DNA of 64,000 nucleotides from Methanothrix sp. (GCA_963682135.1 OY821645.1:320001-384000); one strand, 5' to 3'. Shown: positions 40,081-52,648, numbered from the stretch's first letter. The notes: generated by a model not told the origin, from the sequence alone. Made by a program: numbers and translations.

Positions 40081-42880
40081 TTATGGGGGGAATTTCCCAT
40101 ATTACTATCTGCATTTGATCCACGGATTGGTCAGAGCATCCGGTTGCTGTCAATGTGATTGTGACTGAACCTGCAACTTTATCTGCTGCGCTCGGTATGT
40201 AGTAAGCTGTTGTGAGAGATGTGGGGTTTGAAATGGTACCTTCTGTCCCTGATGATGTCCAAAGATAAGTGGCAGCCCCACCAGAATTGGTGCCAATTAG
40301 AGGCACCTTTTCTACATTATCGCAGACGTCCTGATCGGACCCGGCTGATACTATCGGGCTGCCCAGGATCGATACTTGTTTGCTGCATAGAGGAGTGGTG
40401 CATCCTGCTGGCGTGGTTAACGTCACTTTGATGAAAGCTGTGCCTGCTGTGCCTGCCGTCCAGGTGATGCTGTTCGTGTAAGGCGGTGAAGATGTTATCG
40501 TTCCTCCTGTGATCGTCCAGGCATAGGTCGCCCCGGCCCCGGCGTTGGCAACTGAAGCCGTGTTGCTTGTCGATCCCGCGCAGATCGAAGAATCTGCATT
40601 TATGGTGCAGTCCGGTAGAGGATTGATCGTAACCTCCTTGCTGCATTGAGGAACGGTGCATCCAGCCGTCGTGGTCACTGTAACTTTGATGGAAGCTGTG
40701 CCTGCTGAGCCTGCCGTCCAGGTGATGCTGTTCGTGTAAGGCGGTGAAGATGTTATCGTTCCTCCAGTGATCGTCCAGGCATAGGTCGCCCCGGCCCCGG
40801 CGTTGGCAACTGAAGCCGTGTTGCTCGTCGATCCCGCGCAGACCGAAGAATCTGCATTTATGGTGCAGTCCGGCAGAGGATCGATCGTAACCTCCTTGCT
40901 GCATTGAGGAACAGTGCATCCTGCTGGCGTGGTTACCGTCACTTTGATGGAAGCTGTGCCAGCTGTGCCTGCCGTCCAGGTGATGCTGTTCGTGTAAGGC
41001 GGCGAAGATGTTATCGCTCCTCCTATGATCGTCCAGACATAGGTCGCCCCGGCACCGGCGTTCGTGACAGACGCTGTATTTCCAGTTGATCCAGCGCAGA
41101 CGAAACTAGGTGAAGTTATGGTACAGTCCGGCAGAGGATTGATCCTAATCTCATTGCTACAGGCTTTTGAACAATGAGCATCATTTACCGTCACTCTAAT
41201 GAAAGCTGTACCAGTCGAGCCTGCCGTCCAGGTAATGCTGTTCGTATAAGGTGGCGAAGAGGTTATTGTTCCTCCTGTGATCGTCCAGGCATAGGTCGCC
41301 CCGGTTCCTGCGTTCGTGACAGACGCTGTATTTCCCATCGATCCAGCGCAGACGAAACTTGGAGATGTTATGGTGCAGTCCGGCAGAGGATTGATCGTAA
41401 CCTCCTTGCTGCATTGAGGAACAGTGCATCCTGCTGGCGTGGTTACCGCCACTTTGATGGAAGCCGTGCCTGCTGAGCCTGCTGTCCAGGTGATGCTGTT
41501 CGTATAGGGTGACTGAGAGGTTATCGTTCCCCCAGTGATCGTCCAAGCATAGGTCGCCCCGGCCCCGGCGTTGGCAACTGAAGCCGTGTTGCTCGTCGAT
41601 CCCGCGCAGACCGAAGAATCTGCATTTATGGTGCAGTCCGGCAGAGGATCGATCGTAACCTCCTTGCTGCATTGAGGAACAGTGCATCCTGCTGGCGTGG
41701 TTACCGTCACTTTGATGGAAGCTGTGCCAGCTGTGCCTGCCGTCCAGGTGATGCTGTTCGTGTAAGGCGGCGAAGATGTTATCGCTCCTCCTGTGATCGT
41801 CCAGACATAGGTCGCCCCGGCCCCGGCGTTGGCAACTGAAGCCGTGTTGCTCGTCGATCCCGCGCAGACCGAAGAAGCTGCATTTACAGTGCAGTCTGGC
41901 AGAGGATTGATCGTAATCTCCTTGCTGCAGGCTTTTGAACAATGAGCATCATTTACCGTCACTATGATGGAAGCTGTGCCTGCCGAGCCTGCCGTCCAGG
42001 TGATGCTATTCGTATAGGGCGACTGAGAGGTTATCGTTCCTCCCGTGATCGTCCAAGCATAGGTCGCTCCGGTCCCTGCGTTAGGAACTGAAGCCGTATT
42101 GCCCGTTGATCCTGCGCAGACGGAACTGGTTGACGTGATGGTGCAATCCGGCAATGGGTAGACGATTACATCATAAATCCTCTGGGATGAATGGAGCAGA
42201 CTATCTGTAACGATTAGTTTAACTGAATATGTCCCTGCAGATGCATATGTGTGAGTTGGATCTTTTGCAGTGCTTGAGCTGCCGTCTCCAAAAGTCCAGG
42301 CATAGCCATAAGGTGCAACTCCGCCGGTAGTTTTGTCTGTGAAGGAAGTCGAAGTGCCAAGGCAGGCCTTCGTAAAGATAAAATCTGCTATTAGCGGGGG
42401 TGGGACATTGATCGTAGATCCTGAATAATAGCACTTGGCAGGGATATAGTCGGCACATCTGTCATATGCGCATGCTCCTGAATCGGTATTCCAGGCTGCA
42501 TAAATATCCTTTACCTCCAGCGATTGCCCACAGATGTAACTAACTTGAGATATTTGCAGCTCGAAATCGCTGGTGGGCAACTCTCCAATATGATTTTCGA
42601 TCAGTCTCCAGCTTCCATCTAGGTTTTTAACTTGTATTGCGGTATGTGCGCAATGTCTGGCACTGCTCGATGATACGTGGAATTTTGCCCAGAGGGTCGC
42701 AGTTGCTGCAGTTCCTGGTGTACACGTACTGTCTGATGTCAGCCATACATTTGTAATAGCGACATCATTCGCGGTACAACCACTGCAACAATAGGGCCAG
42801 GTTCCGCTGCAAGCCCCGTGAACAAGAGGTATTTGCACGATAGATATTATAAATATAGTAATTATAAAATTCAATTTCAT
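40058..42880 (-). CDS. Secreted adhesin-like protein: Cys-rich head, PKD domain, 7 PKD/Ig-like repeats, terminal Ig domain
   Basis: RBS GAGGGA before ATG 42880, WTFGDG PKD motif, repeats PLPDCT...VCAGS...TYAWTITGG...ITWTAG...CSKE. Confidence 0.9.
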   Translation of the reverse strand: MKLNFIITIFIISIVQIPLVHGACSGTWPYCCSGCTANDVAITNVWLTSDSTCTPGTAATATLWAKFHVSSSSARHCAHTAIQVKNLDGSWRLIENHIGELPTSDFELQISQVSYICGQSLEVKDIYAAWNTDSGACAYDRCADYIPAKCYYSGSTINVPPPLIADFIFTKACLGTSTSFTDKTTGGVAPYGYAWTFGDGSSSTAKDPTHTYASAGTYSVKLIVTDSLLHSSQRIYDVIVYPLPDCTITSTSSVCAGSTGNTASVPNAGTGATYAWTITGGTITSQSPYTNSITWTAGSAGTASIIVTVNDAHCSKACSKEITINPLPDCTVNAASSVCAGSTSNTASVANAGAGATYVWTITGGAITSSPPYTNSITWTAGTAGTASIKVTVTTPAGCTVPQCSKEVTIDPLPDCTINADSSVCAGSTSNTASVANAGAGATYAWTITGGTITSQSPYTNSITWTAGSAGTASIKVAVTTPAGCTVPQCSKEVTINPLPDCTITSPSFVCAGSMGNTASVTNAGTGATYAWTITGGTITSSPPYTNSITWTAGSTGTAFIRVTVNDAHCSKACSNEIRINPLPDCTITSPSFVCAGSTGNTASVTNAGAGATYVWTIIGGAITSSPPYTNSITWTAGTAGTASIKVTVTTPAGCTVPQCSKEVTIDPLPDCTINADSSVCAGSTSNTASVANAGAGATYAWTITGGTITSSPPYTNSITWTAGSAGTASIKVTVTTTAGCTVPQCSKEVTINPLPDCTINADSSICAGSTSNTASVANAGAGATYAWTITGGTITSSPPYTNSITWTAGTAGTAFIKVTLTTPAGCTTPLCSKQVSILGSPIVSAGSDQDVCDNVEKVPLIGTNSGGAATYLWTSSGTEGTISNPTSLTTAYYIPSAADKVAGSVTITLTATGCSDQSVDQMQIVIWEIPPINVEALIG
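40370..42160 (-). repeat. Seven tandem ~255-261-bp Ig-like coding repeats
   Basis: Near-identical DNA units visible directly in the sequence. Confidence 0.9.
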
Positions 42881-43094
42881 AATAAATCCCTCGTCATACC
42901 AAATTGCCAGGCCTTTGTAAGGTAACAAGGTTTTTGAGCGGTAAAAAGACTAATGCTAGGAACATATTCTTCGGGCATGGTTCTATTTCCCTCTTTCTGA
43001 TCTCATAGATGTGCGAAACATTATATTTTGAATTAAATAATTATTATATATTCTATCCTATGTTCCGGTCTAAATTACCATTATCGAAAAAATG

Positions 43095-43124
43095 TCAAGG
43101 CATTGCTTAAATGCAGTGCCTTGA
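43095..43124 (-). terminator. Stem-loop followed by a T tract after the 237-aa gene
   Basis: TCAAGGCACTGC-ATTTAA-GCAATGCCTTGA then CATTTTTT on the minus strand, about 11 bp after the stop. Confidence 0.7.
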
Positions 43125-43135
43125 AGCAGTCTTTT

Positions 43136-43849
43136 CTAGGTAATAGCCGAAGCCATGGTTGCCGTCGGATTGTAATATAGTGTAACTAATTGGCTGCACC
43201 ACTTTAGTATCGTGTCCGGACCACCCTGGCCATCCGCATCCTGCCTTACTACGAATGTCACATAAGTTGTCTTAGATGGGGTACCAGCATCAGGCACATT
43301 GAATCCCGTCCAGAGAGGCGATGGGGTATAGGTCTTTGAGTCAGCTACTATGACGCTGCCCCAGGTGCTCATATCCGTTTTGATTGGTATGGTGGCCACA
43401 TTGGTCTGGAGATACCACTCATAGAACAATGAATCTGGTGCGCTTTCGCAGACGTATGCCCATGTTGTTGCGTCAGCTATACAGGTTTCAGGAATCGATG
43501 GACAGGCAGTGCATAAGCCGCTGCACGTCAATACTATGTCGCAGATGGATTTACATGTGATTGGCGAACCTGTGGGGTTCATCATCAGAGTTACCGTCCA
43601 AGGACCGCCGCAAGCAGGGACATTGAACTCCATTATATTAGCTCCATCTGCGCTTTGCCCAGTAAGAGCCGAAGGTACAGTCCAGTCGTAGGTATATCCC
43701 GCACCTGATGGAGACGCCGTTAATTTGACATGCGATCCTTCTGTGACTGTTAAAGATAGACATGGTGCAGGCAGAGTAGCTGATACAGGAAATACAATTG
43801 CTGCTAGCAGGACTGCAAACGCAATCGTGATATAATTACTAGATTTCAT
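43136..43849 (-). CDS. Secreted Cys-rich two-Ig-domain protein (candidate fibre subunit)
   Basis: Strong RBS GGAGGG, signal peptide ending VSA, 10 Cys. The first domain is similar to the N-terminal domain of 33226-40080. Confidence 0.88.
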   Translation of the reverse strand: MKSSNYITIAFAVLLAAIVFPVSATLPAPCLSLTVTEGSHVKLTASPSGAGYTYDWTVPSALTGQSADGANIMEFNVPACGGPWTVTLMMNPTGSPITCKSICDIVLTCSGLCTACPSIPETCIADATTWAYVCESAPDSLFYEWYLQTNVATIPIKTDMSTWGSVIVADSKTYTPSPLWTGFNVPDAGTPSKTTYVTFVVRQDADGQGGPDTILKWCSQLVTLYYNPTATMASAIT

Positions 43850-44408
43850 CGTTGTTTTCCCTCCATTTATCTTACAGGTCGCAGGCTACTGGAAACGATC
43901 CGCAAATCAACCCATGATATCACATCGAAGAATGAATACTTGAGTCAATTGATCGCATCTCTTTTTTCTCAGATAACCGCCATTTTTTTAGCTTCACATC
44001 TAACTTAGTACAATCTCATAATAACTACTTAAGTCTTTCTTTGGATCGTATTAGATCTGGATCGTAGAAAAAATTTGTATATTCCAAAAACCATAATCTG
44101 TAGTTCGGTTAAAATATCGAAAAGACTAAAATAAATTTATTACTTACAAAAAATTAATGATAACATCTAGAAATAAACTAAAATTGTTAAAGCAAGATAA
44201 GCAAGTACAATAGATCAGCGATATGTTTGCTGGTTAATTGTCTGGCTTTGAGGAATACGAATTAGATCATATTGGCATTCAGGGAACCTTCAGCACTAAA
44301 CAAGTTAATTGACTGATAGAAATTTTTATTAACTAGTAAGTAGGCCTATATTCTAGTTTGGATTTAAGAGTGCTCTCTTGCATATCTAATTGAGCAGGGT
44401 GACAAGTT

Positions 44409-45443
44409 ATGAGATATTTGATCCTATGGAGTTTATTGGCATTATTATTAGTAACGATAATGCCAGGGGCATCTCAACTTTCAGATAAGCCAACAATAAT
44501 AAATTTGATGATTGATGCTCAAATGCCATCATCGCCGACAGAGGAGCAGGCATCAATAGCTGAAAAAGACCTCGAGAATATATATAACCAAATTAATGAT
44601 AGAGGTCTGATCGCAACCATCTTCTCAACACAAGATATCCTTAGGACTGATCTCAACCTGGACCTCACACGCATAGGTTATCTATCCAAATTTGAGCTGG
44701 GTATGTCGGGAAATAATTCTAATGAAAAGATAAGCATTATGTCTTATGCCGATCAGATTGCTTCATTGAAGATATCAAAACGCTGGGTAGAAAGCTGCAT
44801 GATTTGCGGCAAAAATAATGTAACTGTGTATGGTTTTATGCCCCAATCCTTCGATCAGAACCAGGATACATACAGGGTTCTCGACGAATTGGGCATCCTG
44901 TATGATGTCGGTTTCCAGGCCGGGCTTTTATACACACCAGGACATGAGAACGACGTCTGGCCATATCTGGTAGCTGGCCACAAATTCTATGCTGTGCCGG
45001 TAAGCACTTACACTCTCTCAGACAAAAAGATGGTCCTGCAGGACAGCTACTTTGTGGTTAACGACATGGACGCCACTCAATGGTACGACGCGCTGGTTGG
45101 AAAGTTGGACGAAATTCAGGGTAAGGATGAGCCTATGGTGGTCAGCCTGTCGACGTCCGTTTCCGGCTCGGGAGACTATCTGAATTCGTTGGAACGTTTC
45201 ATGGATTACTCTATCTCTAAGAAGGCAAGTTTTGTAACCACTGCGGATCTTGTGTCTTTGGCTAAAACCAGCTCGCATGATGCATCATCGTTACCATCTA
45301 ACGTAACTAGCGAGTGTCCGACCTGCGACCAGAATAACAACCTCATCAACATAACGGCATTTGTGTCCATCAACGAATCCATTCAAGTAGCCAACAATAC
45401 AACAACCGTTATAACTCCAGAGAGTGTAGTGACCGCTAAATGA
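44409..45443 (+). CDS. Secreted polysaccharide-deacetylase-like (NodB/CE4-like fold) protein
   Basis: Signal peptide, ATIF, GFMPQSF, LDELGILYD and AVPVS. The canonical metal-binding His residues appear absent. Confidence 0.65.
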   Translation: MRYLILWSLLALLLVTIMPGASQLSDKPTIINLMIDAQMPSSPTEEQASIAEKDLENIYNQINDRGLIATIFSTQDILRTDLNLDLTRIGYLSKFELGMSGNNSNEKISIMSYADQIASLKISKRWVESCMICGKNNVTVYGFMPQSFDQNQDTYRVLDELGILYDVGFQAGLLYTPGHENDVWPYLVAGHKFYAVPVSTYTLSDKKMVLQDSYFVVNDMDATQWYDALVGKLDEIQGKDEPMVVSLSTSVSGSGDYLNSLERFMDYSISKKASFVTTADLVSLAKTSSHDASSLPSNVTSECPTCDQNNNLINITAFVSINESIQVANNTTTVITPESVVTAK

Positions 45444-45671
45444 GGACAAAGGATCAATATTCACTGCATTTCCTGCGGTGTTGCTTTTTTTAAATTTTTT
45501 TTTCTCACTGATTTCATGAATGCACGGAAATGGCAATCCACATGCTGACTCATATATCCATCTATCTTTCAGCGAAGTTATAAATAACTCCCATGTAGTT
45601 TAACTTATAAATGGACCGCCAGGGATTTTATGAAGGAAATGCAGGTAAATGGATAGCGAGGGCACACACAT

Positions 45672-46954
45672 ATGCTCACTGAAATCCTGATCATTTTTCT
45701 TCTGTTCCTGGCCACGGGTGCGTTTTCCATGGCCGAGATGGCTGTGGTCTCCTCCAGCAAGGCCCGGCTCAAGGCCAGGGCGGAAGAGGGTCATGCAGGT
45801 GCAAAGGCGGCCCTGCAGCTGGCTGAAAATCCCAATCGTCTCTTCTCAGCCGTGCAGACCGGCATTACTCTCATCACTACCTTGACAGGAGCCTATGGAG
45901 GCGCAACAATCGCTGATGAGCTGGCGTCTTACATCAGCACTATTCCCGCACTCTCTCCTTACAGCAGCGGCCTGGCCCTGGTTGCCGTCGTCCTGATGAT
46001 CACATTTTTCAGTCTGGTCATTGGTGAGCTGGTTCCTAAGAGAATCGCGCTCAGCAATTCGGAGCGCTTCGCCTCTCTTGCAGCCGCTCCATTGGCAGCA
46101 TTCTCCCGTCTTGTCTCTCCTGCGGTTATCTTGCTAAGCTTTTGCACCGATCTGGTGCTGAGGGTTCTGGGTGTGAAGGCCTATACCGAGCCTGCCGTAA
46201 CTGAGGAGGAGATTCGTATCCTCATCGACCAGGGAACGACGGCAGGTGTGATCGAGGAGGAGGAGCAGGATATTATGGAGAGGGTCTTCTCCCTGGGAGA
46301 TCGGAGAGTAAACTCTATCATGACTCCCAGAGGCGATATTGTGTGGCTGGACATCAACGATCCCGGAGCAGAGATTTGTAGAAAGATTGCAGGTGGAGCA
46401 TACTCCATGTATCCGGTCTGCAACAGGAAGCTTGACAATGTTCAGGGAGTAGTTCAATCCAAGGACCTGCTAAGCTGCAACCTGTCCAACGAAAAGGTTG
46501 ACCTCAAGGCATCCCTCCTGCCGCCGCTCTTTGTACCGGAGAGCATGAGAGCTCTGAAGGTGCTGGAGAAGTTCAAGCAGACAGGAATTCATCTGGCCAT
46601 TGTCCTGGATGAATACGGGTCGGTGCAGGGAATAGTGGCCCTGGTAGATCTCCTGGAAGGACTGGTAGGAGACATACCGCACATTGATGAGCTGGCGGAA
46701 CCGCAAGTAGTGAAGAGGCAGGACGGCTCCTGGCTGGTGGACGGGTCTCTGCCGGTGGATGACTTCAAAGAGTTGGTCGATCCGGAAGGGCTGCCTGAGG
46801 AGGAAGAAAGTCAATACATAACTTTGGGCGGATTTGTGATGACGCATTTGGAGAAGATACCTGCGACAGGAGATCACTTCGAGTGGGGAGGCTACCGTTT
46901 TGAGGTTGTGGACATGGATGAGAGGAAAGTGGACAAGATTCTGGTAACATCCAT

Positions 46955-46958
<4 letters not shown>
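45672..46958 (+). CDS. HlyC/CorC (CNNM/DUF21-CBS-CorC) family transporter
   Basis: FSMAEMA, VQTGIT, GELVPKRIAL, CBS pair (MTPR, VLDEYG) and a C-terminal CorC domain. Confidence 0.93.
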
Positions 46959-48940
<1,982 letters not shown>

Positions 48941-48950
48941 GGAGGAATAA

Positions 48951-49610
48951 ATGAGAGGCGTTTTAATTCTTTCCGGTGGGGTGGATTCTACCACATTGCT
49001 CTACAAGATGTTATCAGACGGCTACGAGGTGACGGCTCTCACCTTCAACTACGCCCAGAGGCATAAGAAGGAGATAGACTGTGCCAAAGCGATTGCAGAA
49101 AGGCTGGGTGTCGTTCACCGCATTGTTGATCTCAGAACGCTTGCCTCTCTCTTAGGCGACAGTGCTCTGCTGGGGGGAAAAGAGGTGCCCAGCTGCCACT
49201 ATACCGAGGAGGCTGCCAAGAAGACGGTGGTGCCCAATCGCAATATGATCATGCTCTCTGTGGCGGCAGGCTACGCCGAGGCTCATGAGATTCCTGAGGT
49301 CTTTTATGCGGCTCACAAAAATGACAGCACTATTTATCCCGACTGCCGGCCGGAATTTGTCCAGGCGCTGCGTCCTGCCATCCGCCTGGCTACCGCCTGG
49401 CATCCCGTAGAGCTGCAGGCTCCGCTTGTGGATATGAGCAAGGCGGAGATCGTGAGGATGGGCCTTGCCTTAGGGGTGCCCTACGAGCTAACCTGGTCCT
49501 GCTACCGTGGGGAGGAGCGTCCCTGCCGGACCTGTCCCACCTGCATCGAGAGGGAGGAAGCGTTTGCCTTGAACGGAAGGCGGGATCCGCTGGTGGAAGG
49601 AGAGGATTAA
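48951..49610 (+). CDS. queC: 7-cyano-7-deazaguanine synthase
   Basis: SGGVDST, VPNRN, YPDCR and TWSCY...CxxC. Confidence 0.95.
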   Translation: MRGVLILSGGVDSTTLLYKMLSDGYEVTALTFNYAQRHKKEIDCAKAIAERLGVVHRIVDLRTLASLLGDSALLGGKEVPSCHYTEEAAKKTVVPNRNMIMLSVAAGYAEAHEIPEVFYAAHKNDSTIYPDCRPEFVQALRPAIRLATAWHPVELQAPLVDMSKAEIVRMGLALGVPYELTWSCYRGEERPCRTCPTCIEREEAFALNGRRDPLVEGED

Positions 49611-49708
49611 TGGGCTGTTTATTGTCTATCGATTGCTGAACAATCGGTAGACTTTAATCCAATAACCGCCAAAAGCTCTATTTCTCATCCTCGCAATCTC
49701 TCTCCCAA

Positions 49709-52378
49709 ATGCCTGCTTCCCCTCTAGCCACCCCGCCCGTCTCCTCCGAAGACGCCGCCATCCTATCTCTATTTCATCCCATCGTGCAGGACTGGTGGCT
49801 CTCTTCTTTCCCATCAGCCGATAGCCTCTTCACCCCGCCCCAGCGCCAGGGCGTGCCCCTCATCGCTCAGGGCAGGAATGTGCTCATAAGCTCGCCCACC
49901 GGCTCGGGAAAGACCCTCTCCGCCTTTATCTCCATCATCAACCAGCTCTTCGTAATGGCAACCAAGGGAGAGCTGGAAGACATGGTCTACTGCCTCTACA
50001 TCTCTCCCCTCAAGTCTCTGGCCAATGATATTCACAGGAACCTGGAGCAGCCTCTCCGGCAGATTCAGAACCTGGCAGAGGAGCGAGGGTTGAAAGTGCA
50101 GGAGATCAGACACGCCATCCGGCATGGAGATGTTTCTGCTCAGGAGAAGGCCCGCATGCTGAAAAGGACGCCGCATATCCTCAACACCACTCCTGAGTCT
50201 CTGGCTATCCTCCTCAGCTCTCCTCGCTTTCGGGAGAAGCTAAGGAGCGTGCGCTGGGTTATCGTGGATGAGATTCACTCCCTGGCCGCCTCCAAGCGCG
50301 GCGTTCATCTCTCCCTCAGCCTGGAACGGCTGGAGGAGCTGAAAAAGGAGCGGCAAGAAAGTTTCGTTCGTATCGGCTGCTCGGCCACCGTTGAACCGCT
50401 GCAAGAGGTGGCAGACTTTCTGGCGGGATACTTGCGGCCTGTGCAGGTAGTGGACTGCCGCTTCTCCCGCTGCTATGATCTGCGCCTGCTCTGTCCTGTG
50501 CCCGATCTCATCCTTGCCGATCAAAAAGATCTGTCCGACCGGCTTTACGATCTGCTGCACCGCCATATTCAGGAGCAGAGGAGCACCCTCATCTTCACCA
50601 ACAGCCGCAATGGCGCAGAACGGGTGCTTCAGAACCTTCGGCTGCGTTTCCCCCCATTTTATAGCAGCGAGAACTCCGCCTGCCACCACGGCTCCATGGG
50701 CCGGGAAGGAAGGCAGGAAACTGAGAGCCGTCTTAAGCAAGGAATGCTGAAGGTTGTCTGCTCCTCTACTTCCCTGGAGATGGGAATCGACATGCCTTAT
50801 ATCGATCTGGTCTTGCAGATCGGCTCGCCCAAATCCGTAGCAGCTCTCTTGCAGCGCTTCGGCAGAGGGGGGCACAGCCTGGACAGGGTCGTAAAAGGCC
50901 GGATAATCGTCCTGGACAGAGAGGAGCTGATGGAGTGCGCTGTGATGCTGGAGAGAGCCAAAGCCGGTGATGTAGACAGAATTCATATTCCCCAAAATGC
51001 CCTGGACGCTCTCTGCCAGCACCTGGTGGGAATGACTCTGGAGAGAGATTGGACTGTTGACGAAGTCCTGCAAGTGGTGAGGAGATCCTACTGCTATCGT
51101 AACCTCCGTGAAGAGGAACTGATGAGCGCTGTGCTCTACCTCTGTGCAGCCCACGAGGGGCAGCAGGAAAGGCAGATCTACCCCAAGATTCGCTACGATG
51201 CCAAAAAGAGGACGATAGGAACGAGAGGCGGCAGCTCTCGCATGATCTACTATACCAACTCTGGCATGATACCCGACCAGTTCACCTGCGATGTGCTCAC
51301 CCGGGAAGGCCGCTTCCTGGGAAGGCTGGATGAGAAATACATGGAGAAGCTGGACAGGGGTGATGTCTTTTCCATGGGAGGAGGAGCCTATTCCTTCTGC
51401 TACCGTCGGGGTGGCAAGATCTATGTGGATGCGGCAGCAGGCCAGCCCAATATCCCCACCTGGTCCTCGGAGAGGCTGCCCTTATCCTTTGACCTGGCAA
51501 GGAGCATTCTATCCTTCAAAAGCGATATGCTCTGGATGATGAAAAATCATAGGCAGGAGGATAAGTATGATGATAATAATAGTAGCGCCATTATCCACTG
51601 GTTGCAGAGCCAGTACCCCATCGACGGGAACAGCGCCCGCTCCATCTGCGAGATCTTTCGCCGGCAGATCGACTTCCTGGGAGAAGATGCCGTTCCCACC
51701 AACTGCAGAATAGTGGTGCAGGAGTGCCTCGACCAGCGGGCGGAGCGCCGGATCTTCTATTTCCTCTCCGGCTACGGCCTGCGCTTCAATGATGGGCTCT
51801 CTCGCATGGTTGCCTACCTGCTGGCCAGGCAGCGGCTGAAGGATATCATCGTCACCGCCGACGACTCGGGCTTTGTGCTCTCCCTTCCCATCTCTTGCAA
51901 GGTTAACATTCCAGGCGTCATCAGCTCCATCCGGGCGGAGAATTGCGAGCAGCTCCTCTACCGGGCGGTGCAGAACACAGGCCTCCTAAAGAGCGTCTTT
52001 CGAATCAATGCCACCCGCTCCTTCATGATCCTGAAGAGCTACAAAGGAAGGCAGAAGAGCGCCCGGCGTCAGCAGCTGGATGCCGACATGCTCATCGGCT
52101 TTGCCGGGAAGCTGGATGATTTTGCAGTGCTGCGGGAGAGCTTCCGGGAGATCATCGAGGACCGGTTTGAGATAGAGAACATCAGAGAGGTGCTGCGCGG
52201 ACTGGCCAGCAGGCAGATCGAGGTAGTGGTGAAGAGAGGAAAACCGCCCGGCCCGATGGCGTTTGGCCTGGCGGCGGCGACGGGCGCAGGTGAGGAGAGG
52301 CGGGAGCGGATGAGGGAGATGCAGAGGACGGTTATGATAGCGAAAGGGAAGAAAGAGGATTCGGCCAAACCTATTTAA
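49709..52378 (+). CDS. lhr: Lhr-family ATP-dependent helicase
   Basis: PTGSGKT, SPLKSL.NDI, TTPESL, DEIH, SAT, HHGS, SLEMGID and QRFGRGGH. Confidence 0.9.
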   Translation: MPASPLATPPVSSEDAAILSLFHPIVQDWWLSSFPSADSLFTPPQRQGVPLIAQGRNVLISSPTGSGKTLSAFISIINQLFVMATKGELEDMVYCLYISPLKSLANDIHRNLEQPLRQIQNLAEERGLKVQEIRHAIRHGDVSAQEKARMLKRTPHILNTTPESLAILLSSPRFREKLRSVRWVIVDEIHSLAASKRGVHLSLSLERLEELKKERQESFVRIGCSATVEPLQEVADFLAGYLRPVQVVDCRFSRCYDLRLLCPVPDLILADQKDLSDRLYDLLHRHIQEQRSTLIFTNSRNGAERVLQNLRLRFPPFYSSENSACHHGSMGREGRQETESRLKQGMLKVVCSSTSLEMGIDMPYIDLVLQIGSPKSVAALLQRFGRGGHSLDRVVKGRIIVLDREELMECAVMLERAKAGDVDRIHIPQNALDALCQHLVGMTLERDWTVDEVLQVVRRSYCYRNLREEELMSAVLYLCAAHEGQQERQIYPKIRYDAKKRTIGTRGGSSRMIYYTNSGMIPDQFTCDVLTREGRFLGRLDEKYMEKLDRGDVFSMGGGAYSFCYRRGGKIYVDAAAGQPNIPTWSSERLPLSFDLARSILSFKSDMLWMMKNHRQEDKYDDNNSSAIIHWLQSQYPIDGNSARSICEIFRRQIDFLGEDAVPTNCRIVVQECLDQRAERRIFYFLSGYGLRFNDGLSRMVAYLLARQRLKDIIVTADDSGFVLSLPISCKVNIPGVISSIRAENCEQLLYRAVQNTGLLKSVFRINATRSFMILKSYKGRQKSARRQQLDADMLIGFAGKLDDFAVLRESFREIIEDRFEIENIREVLRGLASRQIEVVVKRGKPPGPMAFGLAAATGAGEERRERMREMQRTVMIAKGKKEDSAKPI

Positions 52379-52411
52379 ATGCGGAAGTAATCATGGTCTA
52401 AAGAGAATACT

Positions 52412-52648
52412 ATGAGTGAAGTTGCGGCAAAATCAAGTTTTCAGGAACTTCTTGAATCTGTAGAATCTCTGCCCCTTGATGACCAGCAGATGCTCCTCGA
52501 TATCATTAACATGCGCATAATCGAGAAAAGACGCGACGAGCTGATGGCGGATATGGAGGAATCTCTTGAGGCTTACAAGAAAGGCGAGGTCCGAATAGGG
52601 ACAGTCGATGATATCTTGAGAGATCTCGATAAGGATCTGATGGATTGA
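52412..52648 (+). CDS. Putative antitoxin of the downstream RelE/YafQ toxin
   Basis: Small acidic protein with a Y..G...GTVDDIL tail. Overlaps the toxin start. Confidence 0.75.
   Translation: MSEVAAKSSFQELLESVESLPLDDQQMLLDIINMRIIEKRRDELMADMEESLEAYKKGEVRIGTVDDILRDLDKDLMD

Noticed and set aside
40370-42160. CRISPR-like or DGR-like repeats
   Set aside because: These are in-frame coding repeats with no spacers, and no cas or reverse transcriptase gene is present.
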